NCBI GenBank assembly: GCA_045539975.1
Contig: JAZQGK010000130.1
Span: 1,919 to 65,918, forward strand
From: Candidatus Scatosoma sp.
Lineage (GTDB): Bacteria; Bacillota; Clostridia; Christensenellales; Borkfalkiaceae
DNA length: 64,000 nucleotides
Reading direction: 5' to 3'
The notes under the pieces are model-generated. The model saw only the letters and a list, made by a program, of their open reading frames with translations. It did not search any database and was not told where the DNA came from. The position numbers and the translations under genes were made by a program. Positions 43,171-51,902 of this stretch are shown piece by piece; within the stretch, counting starts at the first letter, position 1; each line of letters begins with the position of its first letter.

Positions 43171-45756
43171 TTAAAATTTTACAACCTTGATTTGCGAACC
43201 GTGGCTCTCGTTTGCCGCCGTCACCAAAATTTTATTATCGATGCGGTGTTTTAATTCCTCAACGTGCGAAATCAAACCGATTGCGAAGTTTTTGCTCAGT
43301 TTGGTAAGGACGTCCATCACCACTTCCAACAGGTTTTCGTCCAAAGTCCCAAAGCCTTCGTCCAGGAAGAAGAAATCCACCGAACGGCGAGAACGGTCGC
43401 AAATCTCCCCGGAAAGCGCCAACGCGAGCGACAGAGAAACCAAAAACGTCTCGCCGCCGGACAACGTCTTCACCGCGCGAAGATTTCCCCCGTCCAGGTT
43501 GTCGCCTACCTTAAATTCCTTGTCTGCATACCGCAAAAAATATCTCCCCGACGTCAGCGAAAGCAATATTTTGCTCGCTCGCACACAGATTTCTTGCAGA
43601 TATTCCGACGCGATAAATTCCATGAATTTATTTCGGCTCATCAGTTGCCGCAACTCATCGCAAAGGTCTTTCTTTTTCTTCTTTTCTTCCAGTTCTTTTT
43701 CAAAGGCGAGGTATTTTTTCCGCTTTTCCTCTAATTGCGCGTGCTCCGTTTTCCCTGCCGCAATCTTCCGATTCAGCTCGTCACGGATTTCCCCTGCTTG
43801 CGTTTTTCTATTCGCCGCAAGAAGCAATACTTCTTCGTCAAAATCGGCAAACTTCTGCGCGTTCGTGCTTTCGCACTTGTTCTTAATCAAAGCATATTTT
43901 TCAAAAAACGCCTTACAAGCCGCTTGCGCGCTTTCCTCGTCCGCAACGCGCGATAACAAATCCCGCGCCTCTTGTTCCGAAACAAAACCCGTCTGCTGCA
44001 ACGCCGCCGCAACGTTGTCCCGTAACGTCTGTTCTTCGGAAAACCCCTTTTCATACAACGCTTTCTGCGTTTTTTCTTCCGATTGAAAATCGTGCATTCT
44101 TTGGGTTTCGCGCTCTAATTTTTCCTGTAACGACTGCTTTTCTCTTTGTGCCGTGCGCAGTTTATTTTCCAAATCCTGCAAAGAACCAAGCGCTCGAATC
44201 TCCGCCGTCTTTTGCTGCGCCGCCTTTAACCTTTCGTGATAGGTCGTGCCGCGTTCTTTGATGACTTTTAAACGTCCTTCGTTGGTCTCGAAATTAAGTT
44301 TTTGTTTTTTAACCGCGTCGATTTTATTCTTTAATTCCGCGCGTTTGTTTTCCAGTTCACGGAACGCGATATGCATCTTTTCCATATCGGGCGCGTCCGC
44401 CGCCACGGGCGCATACTTGGCAAGCAATACCGCTACGTCCGCGCTAACTACCGGATACTTGTCCGACAAAGCGTGTAAATCCGTCCGAATCTCCGCATAC
44501 GCTTCCTGCGCGAACACGTCTTTGCAACGACTTTTTACGTAGTCGAGTAAATTTTCATCGTCGCCAAGCGCCGCCAAATCCTTTTCCAGCTCCGCGATTT
44601 TTCCATCGAAATCGCTTGCCGGAAATTTATCTTTCCAGTCCTTGTACTCCAACAAACAGTCCTCGTACAATTTTTTCGCCCTTTCTTCCTCGCGTAAGTC
44701 CGAGTCCGCGCCTCGTACCTTATCCACCTTGACCGACAAATCTAAAATCTGTCCGTCAAAGTCCGCACCGTTTTGCTTTTCTTTCCACGCCGCGCATATT
44801 TTTTCTGCGTTCTTATATTCCTCGGCGGCTCTCTCAAAGCTCCGTTTTGCATCCGCCGTATCCTTGCGGTTTTTCTCCAACGCGTCCGCCTCTTTCACAA
44901 CCGCCCGTGCAAACGGCAATTTTTCTATCTCCGCGCGCCGTTTCTCCATTTGCGGCAACCGCTGCGTCAGCTCTTCCAGCTGCTTTTTCAAAGCCTCGTA
45001 TTCAGCCTTTTCCTTTTGTAGCGTCAACAAATCCCGATACTCGTTCTCCGCCGCCGCGTATTTCTTTTCCGCCTCGGACAGCAGTTTGCCGTTTTCGGCT
45101 ATCTCCGCGCTCTTTGCCTCTAAATCCTCTGCGCTCGCTCCGGCGTTTTCACCCATTTTCGCAAGCACAAGATTGCACTCTTCTTCCGCTTCGTAATACT
45201 TTTCGTTGACTTTTTTACTCAGCCGTTCCCCATATTTTTCCAAATCAAACAACCGAGCGACCAGTCTCAATCTCTCCGACGCCGGGGCTTTGACCAAAGC
45301 GGCGAAATCCCCCTGCGGCAAAGCGATGCACATCTTGAAATCGGCAAACTCCAAGCCCAAAATTTCCTCAATCTTGGCATCCACGTCACGCATGCCTTCC
45401 GCAAGCGCCAACAACTTCCCGTCCGCAGAGTACTCGAATAAAGAAGCTTTTGCCGTGTTGGATTTACGACGGCGTTCCCGATGCACGCGATACGTGCGCG
45501 TCACGCCCTCTACCGAAACCTCGAAATCGAAAATAACGTAGGCATTCTCCACGTTGTAATTCAGATAATCGTTGCCGCTGCTGCGCTCGATTTTTCCATA
45601 CAAAGCCAGGTGAATGCAGTCGAGAATGGTACTTTTTCCACTACCCGTAGCCCCGAACACGCCGAATACGCCGCCCGAAATCAACGCGCGAAAATCAATT
45701 TCCGCTTTCTCGGAAAAACTGTTTATTCCGCAAAATTCCAGATAAACGGGTTTCAT
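43171..45756 (-). CDS. sbcC: SbcC/Rad50-type ATPase
   Basis: 861 aa. Walker A GATGSGKSTILD, a long coiled coil, signature LSGGETFLVSLSLALAL, Walker B FFFLDEGFGTLD. Confidence 0.95.
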   Translation of the reverse strand: MKPVYLEFCGINSFSEKAEIDFRALISGGVFGVFGATGSGKSTILDCIHLALYGKIERSSGNDYLNYNVENAYVIFDFEVSVEGVTRTYRVHRERRRKSNTAKASLFEYSADGKLLALAEGMRDVDAKIEEILGLEFADFKMCIALPQGDFAALVKAPASERLRLVARLFDLEKYGERLSKKVNEKYYEAEEECNLVLAKMGENAGASAEDLEAKSAEIAENGKLLSEAEKKYAAAENEYRDLLTLQKEKAEYEALKKQLEELTQRLPQMEKRRAEIEKLPFARAVVKEADALEKNRKDTADAKRSFERAAEEYKNAEKICAAWKEKQNGADFDGQILDLSVKVDKVRGADSDLREEERAKKLYEDCLLEYKDWKDKFPASDFDGKIAELEKDLAALGDDENLLDYVKSRCKDVFAQEAYAEIRTDLHALSDKYPVVSADVAVLLAKYAPVAADAPDMEKMHIAFRELENKRAELKNKIDAVKKQKLNFETNEGRLKVIKERGTTYHERLKAAQQKTAEIRALGSLQDLENKLRTAQREKQSLQEKLERETQRMHDFQSEEKTQKALYEKGFSEEQTLRDNVAAALQQTGFVSEQEARDLLSRVADEESAQAACKAFFEKYALIKNKCESTNAQKFADFDEEVLLLAANRKTQAGEIRDELNRKIAAGKTEHAQLEEKRKKYLAFEKELEEKKKKKDLCDELRQLMSRNKFMEFIASEYLQEICVRASKILLSLTSGRYFLRYADKEFKVGDNLDGGNLRAVKTLSGGETFLVSLSLALALSGEICDRSRRSVDFFFLDEGFGTLDENLLEVVMDVLTKLSKNFAIGLISHVEELKHRIDNKILVTAANESHGSQIKVVKF

Positions 45757-45798
45757 TCGTATCCTCCTGTTCTTTTTTTACCCTGCTTGCAACGGTTT

Positions 45799-46959
45799 TT
45801 ATTCCTGCTCGGCAAGCTCTGCCAAAGTCTGTAAATACAGAGTTTTTAATTCTGTTTTTGGCTCTGTTCCATAACCGGTTTTATAGAAAGCCTCGAACAA
45901 AGCTTCGTCGGACATTCCTTTTCGCGATTCAAAACGCAACGTTTCGTCGGTCTTTACTTCCGCCAACAGAGAAACCAAATTTCGGTGCGCGTTCAACGCT
46001 TTCGAATCGCTGCCGGAAAGCGGTGCGTCCAACATCAACGTCAGTTCTACCAAATCGCCCGGATATTTTTGTAAAAGTTCCAAAGCGGCATCCACGCCGT
46101 TCGCTTGCAACCGAACGAGTTTTTTACCCTTTGTCAAAGGCACGTCCTGTAAATTCTGTACCCCGTCCTTTGTCAAATCGAAAATTTTCACACCCTTGTC
46201 CGCGCGTTCATCAAACGCGTATTGCAACGGCGAACCGCTGTAATAACAATGCCCTTTGCCCATGTGTTGTTTCTTGTGCAAATGTCCCAAGGCGATATAA
46301 TCGCACTTTGGCAAATCTTCCACGGAAATCGCCCGCGCGCCGCCAAGCTCAATGTCCCGCTCCCCTGCGGAAACGCTGCCGCCTGCAACGAACAGATGCG
46401 CCACCAACACCGACGGCAAGCCGTCCGTGTTTTCGCAAACGCCCTCGTCTAACCACACCTTCATTTGTTCCACGTAGGACAGGTCGGTTTTTTCTTCCTT
46501 GAACCGCGCCTCGTTGGGATAGGGCAGCACGGAAACGTACACCTCGTCCGCGCCGTTTGCAAACACCGCATAGCCTTTTCCGCCGCGCGTGGGGTATGCT
46601 TTTCGGGTTGGACTGCGTCGCATTCTCACCGTGCGTGCGTTGCCGACAACGTAAATGCCGTACTCTTCCGCAAGCGGCGCCGCCGCCGAAAGCCGAACGC
46701 CGTCGTCGTGGTTGCCGCTAATGAGCAATACCGCGCGTTCCGTTCCCGCAATTTTTTTGATTTTTTCGTAAAAGAGTTCTTCCGCTTCGGCGCTGGGCGT
46801 GTACGTATCGAAAATATCCCCTGCCACAAGGACAAGTTCTACCTGCTCCCGTTCGCAAATCTCTGCGATTTCGTCCAAAACTTCCGCCTGCTCGTCCAAG
46901 CGTTCACGCGATATCAGACGCTTGCCGACGTGCCAATCGGACGTATGTAAAATTTTCAT
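45799..46959 (-). CDS. sbcD: SbcD/Mre11-type nuclease
   Basis: 386 aa. Phosphoesterase motifs HTSDWHVGK, AGDIFD, GNHD, GHLH. Confidence 0.95.
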   Translation of the reverse strand: MKILHTSDWHVGKRLISRERLDEQAEVLDEIAEICEREQVELVLVAGDIFDTYTPSAEAEELFYEKIKKIAGTERAVLLISGNHDDGVRLSAAAPLAEEYGIYVVGNARTVRMRRSPTRKAYPTRGGKGYAVFANGADEVYVSVLPYPNEARFKEEKTDLSYVEQMKVWLDEGVCENTDGLPSVLVAHLFVAGGSVSAGERDIELGGARAISVEDLPKCDYIALGHLHKKQHMGKGHCYYSGSPLQYAFDERADKGVKIFDLTKDGVQNLQDVPLTKGKKLVRLQANGVDAALELLQKYPGDLVELTLMLDAPLSGSDSKALNAHRNLVSLLAEVKTDETLRFESRKGMSDEALFEAFYKTGYGTEPKTELKTLYLQTLAELAEQE

Positions 46960-47193
46960 CGTCTGACCTCCCGTAATTTTTCTCTGCGTATTTTTTCAAA
47001 AATCCTTGCAAAACACCTTGCTTTTGCTATCGAAAAAATGTATAATAGTCATACTCGCGCCGCAAAGTGCAGATAACTATACTATTTTATTATACACTAT
47101 TTCTTTAAAGAAAGCAAGAAAAGAGCAGAGAAAGAAGAAAATTTTTCATAATTTACACATGGTTTTCTCCATTTTTCTTTGCAAGGAGTGATT

Positions 47194-48939
47194 ATGGCTT
47201 TTTGTTCCTTTTCCAAGGATAACGACAACGCTTACACCATTGTCGAAAACAAATTCATCACCAAGTACCTGCCGGAAGCGGACGGGTTCGCCGTAAAGGT
47301 TTACCTTTACGGACTTTTCCTTTGCGAAAATACCGAATCCGATTTCTCCGTTCGTTCCATGGCGGAAGTCTTAAAAACGACGGAAGAAAAAATTAAGGAA
47401 ACCTTTGCTTTCTGGGAGGATTACGACCTGGTGGAAATCCTCTCCAAAGAACCCTTTACCGTGCAATATTTGCCCGTGCGTTCCGCCATCGGGAAACCTA
47501 AGAAAATCCGCTATGAACAGTACGCCGATTTCAACAAGGATTTGCAAAGAAAAATGCAAAAAGTCGGCAAATTCATCTCCGCAAACGACTATATCAAGTA
47601 CATGCGCTTTTTGGAAGAAAACGCCATTCAGCCGCAGGCTCTTTTGCTGATTGCGGAATACTGTATCAATAAACAGGGCGCAGCGGTTTCCCCCTCCTAC
47701 ATCTTCAACAAAGCAAAAAAACTCATTCGCGGCGGCTGCACCACCTACGAACAAGTGGAAAAAGAGTTGTCCAGCTACAACGCGCACGAGGGTGACGTTT
47801 TGGCAATTTTCAACGCTCTTTCCATCTTCCAACGCAACCCCGACGAAACGGATTATGCGCTGTATTTGAAATGGACGGAAAAGCTTGGTTTTACGCAAGA
47901 TAGCGTACTCGCGGCGGCGAAAAAATTAAAGCGCGGCAGTATGAACGCCCTCGATATTACCTTAGAAGAGCTTTCGCAAAAGGAAAAGACGGACAAAACG
48001 GCGGTGGAAGAGTATCTTTCGCAGCGCGAAACGTTGGCAAACCTCACTTTCCGTTTGGGCAGAAAACTGGGCGTCAAAGTGCAAAACCCTGCCCCCTACA
48101 TCGAAGAATACGTGGAAAAATGGTACACGTTTGGGTATGAAGAAAGCTCCCTTTTGGACGTCGCCTTGTTCTGTTTGAAAACGGAGCGCGGCAGCTTTGA
48201 AGCCATGCACGAGCTTGTGAATACCCTCTTTAAAGACGGCATCGTTTCCGCCGAGGGTGTCAAGGCGTTTTTGAAAGGCAAAAACGACGAACTGAAACTA
48301 TTTACTAAGATTCAGGCGATCTGCGGCGGCTTGCGCAAGAGCGAGGCGAACCTTGCTTTGGTGAAAACGTGGCGCGACTGGAAATTCAGCGACGAAATGA
48401 TTTTGGAAGCGGCAACAAGAAGCGCAAGCGGTTCGAACCCCGTTCCGTACATGAATAAGATTCTTTCCGACTGGAAACAGAAAGAAATTTACGAGGTTGC
48501 GAATATTCCGATCTCCCCCGTTTCAAGCAATTCGGGCAGGGCAGGTACGAGTTCAACGTCAAAAACGGGCTATACAAACCCCTCCATCGAGGCGGCAAAC
48601 GCCAAGTCCGATCGCGAGCGTTTTTACGCTTTGCTGCGTGAAAAAGCGCAGACGCGCGCTGAGAAATTTCTCGCAAAAGCCAACGAAAACAAGCGGTTTA
48701 AGGATATCTCTACCGAGCTTTCCAAGATGGAAATTGCTCTGGCGAAAGCGGAAGTATTCCAACCGGAAACGTTGCCCTCTTTGCAGAATAAAAAGCAAGA
48801 GCTTATCACAGAGCGCAAGGGCATTTTAGCGGAACTTGGCATTGATGAGACGGATTTATTGCCGCAATTTACTTGCAAACGCTGTCAGGACACGGGTTTC
48901 TTACCCAGCGGCGCGGCGTGCAACTGTTATAAAGCATAA
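47194..48939 (+). CDS. DnaD-domain replication initiation/primosome protein with a C-terminal Cys4 motif
   Basis: Start at MAFCSF (ATG 47194, AAGGAG upstream). The N-terminal FITKYLPEADGFAVKVYLY is DnaD/DnaB(Bsu)-like. The C-terminus is CKRCQDTGFLPSGAACNC. Confidence 0.7.
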   Translation: MAFCSFSKDNDNAYTIVENKFITKYLPEADGFAVKVYLYGLFLCENTESDFSVRSMAEVLKTTEEKIKETFAFWEDYDLVEILSKEPFTVQYLPVRSAIGKPKKIRYEQYADFNKDLQRKMQKVGKFISANDYIKYMRFLEENAIQPQALLLIAEYCINKQGAAVSPSYIFNKAKKLIRGGCTTYEQVEKELSSYNAHEGDVLAIFNALSIFQRNPDETDYALYLKWTEKLGFTQDSVLAAAKKLKRGSMNALDITLEELSQKEKTDKTAVEEYLSQRETLANLTFRLGRKLGVKVQNPAPYIEEYVEKWYTFGYEESSLLDVALFCLKTERGSFEAMHELVNTLFKDGIVSAEGVKAFLKGKNDELKLFTKIQAICGGLRKSEANLALVKTWRDWKFSDEMILEAATRSASGSNPVPYMNKILSDWKQKEIYEVANIPISPVSSNSGRAGTSSTSKTGYTNPSIEAANAKSDRERFYALLREKAQTRAEKFLAKANENKRFKDISTELSKMEIALAKAEVFQPETLPSLQNKKQELITERKGILAELGIDETDLLPQFTCKRCQDTGFLPSGAACNCYKA

Positions 48940-48945
48940 AAGAAG

Positions 48946-48975
48946 GGAACGTCGAAATCGGCGTTCCTTTTATTT
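48946..48975 (+). terminator. Intrinsic terminator
   Basis: GGAACGTCG-AAAT-CGGCGTTCC (one G-U pair) followed by TTTTATTT. Confidence 0.7.
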
Positions 48976-49085
48976 GGAAAAAAGATTTTTAAGATTTTTG
49001 AAGAATTTTCGTAAAAAACGGCAAAAACGCTTGCATTTTTTAAAAAAATACAGTAATATATATTAGCAATTTAAGAAAAGCGTTT

Positions 49086-49176
49086 GCAGAGATGTCTGAG
49101 TGGTTTAAGGAGCACGATTGGAAATCGTGTGACTGGGAGAACTGGTCCGGAGGTTCGAATCCTCTTCTCTGCGCCA
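49086..49176 (+). tRNA. tRNA-Ser (anticodon GGA)
   Basis: 91 nt, folded by hand. Acceptor GCAGAGA/TCTCTGC, anticodon arm CACGA-TTGGAAA-TCGTG, long variable arm, T-loop GGTTCGAATCC, encoded CCA. Confidence 0.92.
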
Positions 49177-49182
49177 AACAAA

Positions 49183-49216
49183 AGAACACACCAAAAGGTG
49201 TGTTCTTTGTTTTGTT
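49183..49216 (+). terminator. Intrinsic terminator after tRNA-Ser
   Basis: GAACACACC-AAAA-GGTGTGTTC followed by TTTGTTTTGTT. Confidence 0.8.
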
Positions 49217-49358
49217 GTACCGATTTTTGAAGAGGATTCGAGGGTGGGAGGCGTTTTACGAGAGTAAAACGGTTTGCCTTGACTGCACCGATACGTTTAC
49301 GCTCGTTGGCAAACTGGACAGTTGATAACTGTCCACCGGGGCGCGCCGCTAAAGGCGA

Positions 49359-49378
49359 GAATCCTCTTCTCTGCGCCA
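49359..49378 (+). repeat. 20-bp perfect direct repeat of the tRNA-Ser 3' end (partner at 49157-49176)
   Basis: GAATCCTCTTCTCTGCGCCA occurs at 49157-49176 inside the tRNA and again at 49359-49378. A 13-bp inverted copy GAAGAGGATTCGA lies at 49229-49241. Confidence 0.9.
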
Positions 49379-49395
49379 TAAAATTCATTATGATA

Positions 49396-49424
49396 TTGAC
49401 AACTCAAGACACAAATGCTATAAT
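49396..49424 (+). promoter_or_regulatory. Consensus sigma-A/sigma-70 promoter
   Basis: TTGACA (49396-49401), a 17-nt spacer, then TATAAT (49419-49424). Confidence 0.7.
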
Positions 49425-49451
49425 ATGACAAAGAATAATTTGGAGTTAAAT

Positions 49452-50342
49452 ATGAATATTGTAGACAATTTTGACCTTGCCATAAAAAGACACGAAACTG
49501 GCACAGCAGAAAATGCTTACATCATTTCTCATAACGGAAAAACGTTGTTAAAACAAAACTATATGTCTAATAATGAATGGAAAAGCTTTTTAGCTGCAAT
49601 ATCCTCTACTGCACGCAACGAGTACGAAGCAGGAAGCGGTGACGAGCTTTCCGAAAAAAACGGACGTCCTCCTAAAATGGCGTCTTATGGGTCTTCCAGC
49701 CGTATAATTTACACTCTTTCCCGCGCGCAAGCCGCTTTCCACTATGAAAAACAGCTTCCTACCACCATCGGCGGAAAAGCGCATTTGGACGGGTTTTACG
49801 AAGACGAAAAACACTATATTTTTGTTGAAGCAAAATGCCATGAAATTTACTCAAAAAAAGCAGAGCCCATCAGCCATGCTTACAGCAAACTATACGAATA
49901 CATCAACCAACGCACGGCTGGCAACCTTTCCATTAGCATGAGCCCCAGCAAAAAAGAACATTACATGGATGTTGCCTTTGAGGTAAACGGTAAAGAACTG
50001 AAACGCTTTGATATAAAACAGATGATTTGCCACTTGCTTGGCATCGCAACCGCATTTTTAAAGGGAAGTTTCACCATTAAGAAAACGGATTTCGTTTATT
50101 TGCTGTACGACCCTTCTCATCTTGATATATCCGAGGATATCAAAGCTGAAATCAACTCCATTTATCAACAAACCTGCCGCGAATGCAATTTGATTGACTT
50201 TGCTGAACTGTATCGCACCATTCTTCAATTCTTGGCGGCAAAAACGTATCAAAACGTTCCCTCCTCCGACATCGACAAGTTGGTTGATTTGTTTAGCTTT
50301 ACCCTTTCCTCGCAGAAAACCTATCAAGCATTAATTAAATAA
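49452..50342 (+). CDS. PD-(D/E)xK nuclease-like protein (lone restriction-endonuclease-like gene)
   Basis: The motif HLDGF-x10-IFVEAKCHE fits D...(D/E)xK. Start moved to MNIVDN (GGAG 7 nt upstream), because the track ATG at 49425 abuts the -10 box. Confidence 0.55.
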   Translation: MNIVDNFDLAIKRHETGTAENAYIISHNGKTLLKQNYMSNNEWKSFLAAISSTARNEYEAGSGDELSEKNGRPPKMASYGSSSRIIYTLSRAQAAFHYEKQLPTTIGGKAHLDGFYEDEKHYIFVEAKCHEIYSKKAEPISHAYSKLYEYINQRTAGNLSISMSPSKKEHYMDVAFEVNGKELKRFDIKQMICHLLGIATAFLKGSFTIKKTDFVYLLYDPSHLDISEDIKAEINSIYQQTCRECNLIDFAELYRTILQFLAAKTYQNVPSSDIDKLVDLFSFTLSSQKTYQALIK

Positions 50343-50377
50343 TTCACACACATAAAAAATCTTTTTTCAGTAAATAT

Positions 50378-50404
50378 CCCCCACTAAAGTGGGGGCTTTA
50401 TTTT
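50378..50404 (+). terminator. Intrinsic terminator after the nuclease-like gene
   Basis: CCCCCAC-TAAA-GTGGGGG followed by CTTTATTTT. Confidence 0.7.
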
Positions 50405-51145
50405 GCGCACTAAAGTGCGTGGATACTGGCGTAGGCGTCCCAACGCCATCTCAACTCGCCTACTGCACACAAGCAAGCGGTGATTTACTTTTTCTTATTC
50501 CGATTTGATTCCAACCATTTCTTGAATGGGTCGTAATATTCCACCATGCTTATTTGGTTGGAAATCAAATCTTCTGTTTCTTGGTGTTGAATATACTTTT
50601 GTACCGCTTGCTTGTTGCCACCTACGGTGCTTACGTAATACCCACGACTCCAAAAATGCCTATTCCCTACTTTGTATTTCATGTGAGCATACCGCTCGAA
50701 AATTATCATAGTACTCTTACCCTTGAGATACCCCATAAACGAAGATACTTTCTCGTTCGGCGGTATGCTCACCAACATATGTATGTGGTCGGGCATTGCG
50801 TGAGCCTCTATAATTTCTACTTCTTTACGATAACACAGTTCTCTCAATATTTTCCCTATTTCTTCACGCAATGCCCCATAAATTATTTTTCTATGGTATT
50901 TTGGTGTGAACACGATATGATATTGACATTTCCACGTCGTATGTGCTAAACTGTATGTGTCGTTATTTTGGTTCTTCAATTTTAACGTCCTCCTTTGTGC
51001 TTACTTGTGTACGATTGCGAGCCTTACATACAGTTTAGCACGGAGGAGCTTTTTTGTATAGCAAATGGTAGGCTTGAAGCTAAAGCTATTTGCCACCAGC
51101 ACAGCTGGTGGGTTTTGAAAGGGAGTTGCATATTGCAACTCCCTT
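50400..51145 (-). mobile_element. IS200-like insertion sequence (IS200/IS605 family, tnpA only); ends approximate
   Basis: A single Y1 transposase gene is flanked by subterminal hairpins (50405-50419, 50434-50447; 51093-51111, 51121-51143). An RBS-sequestering stem lies upstream of tnpA. Confidence 0.55.
50485..50979 (-). CDS. tnpA: IS200/IS605-family Y1 (HUH) transposase TnpA
   Basis: 164 aa. HUH motif PDHIHMLVS and catalytic Tyr region FWSRGYYVSTVG. TTG start with GGAGGA 8 nt upstream. Confidence 0.9.
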   Translation of the reverse strand: MKNQNNDTYSLAHTTWKCQYHIVFTPKYHRKIIYGALREEIGKILRELCYRKEVEIIEAHAMPDHIHMLVSIPPNEKVSSFMGYLKGKSTMIIFERYAHMKYKVGNRHFWSRGYYVSTVGGNKQAVQKYIQHQETEDLISNQISMVEYYDPFKKWLESNRNKKK

Positions 51146-51157
51146 TCTCTTTACGTC

Positions 51158-51192
51158 AAAAGCGGAGAACGAAAATTCGTTCTCCGCTTTTT
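51158..51192 (-). terminator. Bidirectional intrinsic terminator after lemA
   Basis: GCGGAGAACGA-AAAT-TCGTTCTCCGC flanked by an A-run and a T-run. Confidence 0.75.
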
Positions 51193-51206
51193 GTTACACT
51201 TTTGTA

Positions 51207-51866
51207 TCAAAAGAATACTTGCTTCGCTTGCTGTTTAATCTCTTCCGACGCAATAAACGGGATACGCGTTGTATAACCGTTTCTCGCCGCCACGATTTGC
51301 TTGGTAGGCCATTTGAATACGTCTCTATTCCAAGCGTTAATCGTATCGTTGTACAACTCACGCGCCGCCGTAATTTCTCTCTGCAAATACATGTTTTGCT
51401 TCATCGCGTCCATGATTTCCTTGTGCGCTTCTAAATCGGGATAATTTTCCACCGCGATATTGATGCTGCGCGAAACTTCGCCAAGCTGATTTTGCACTTC
51501 GTTTCTCGCTTCGTCGCCTGCACCGCTTCTATATTTTGCAATGTTTTCAAACGTCGATTTATCCAAATCAATCGCTTTGTCCAACAAACGCGCACAGTTT
51601 TGCAAAACCATAACTCTTTGTTCTAAATAGTTATCAATCTGCGACGCATTACGCTGAATTTTTTGTTCCAACTGCTGGAAATGGTTCTTTGCTTTGATTT
51701 TCATAATAAGAAAAATCAAACCGGGAATAATTCCGCACACCCAAAGCAAAATTTCAAACACCAACGAGCCCTTCCCAACCGTTACGGGAATCTGTTTCGC
51801 AATTACCTTGGTATCCAAGCCTTCTTCCCTGGTTACGGGATTTGTTTCATCTAATAAATTAGCCAT
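51207..51866 (-). CDS. lemA: LemA family protein
   Basis: 219 aa. TM helix followed by LemA-type helices (NYPDLEAHKEIMDAMKQ...ARELYNDTINAWN...WPTKQIV). Confidence 0.85.
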   Translation of the reverse strand: MANLLDETNPVTREEGLDTKVIAKQIPVTVGKGSLVFEILLWVCGIIPGLIFLIMKIKAKNHFQQLEQKIQRNASQIDNYLEQRVMVLQNCARLLDKAIDLDKSTFENIAKYRSGAGDEARNEVQNQLGEVSRSINIAVENYPDLEAHKEIMDAMKQNMYLQREITAARELYNDTINAWNRDVFKWPTKQIVAARNGYTTRIPFIASEEIKQQAKQVFF

Positions 51867-51902
51867 ATTTGTTCCTCCGATTGTTTATTTTTTTCTTTTG
51901 TA

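Noticed and set aside
49092-49325. 77-aa ORF overlapping tRNA-Ser and its terminator; also the minus-strand ORF at 49071-49388.
   Set aside because: Both run through a well-folded tRNA gene and a terminator hairpin, so they are not credible coding sequence.
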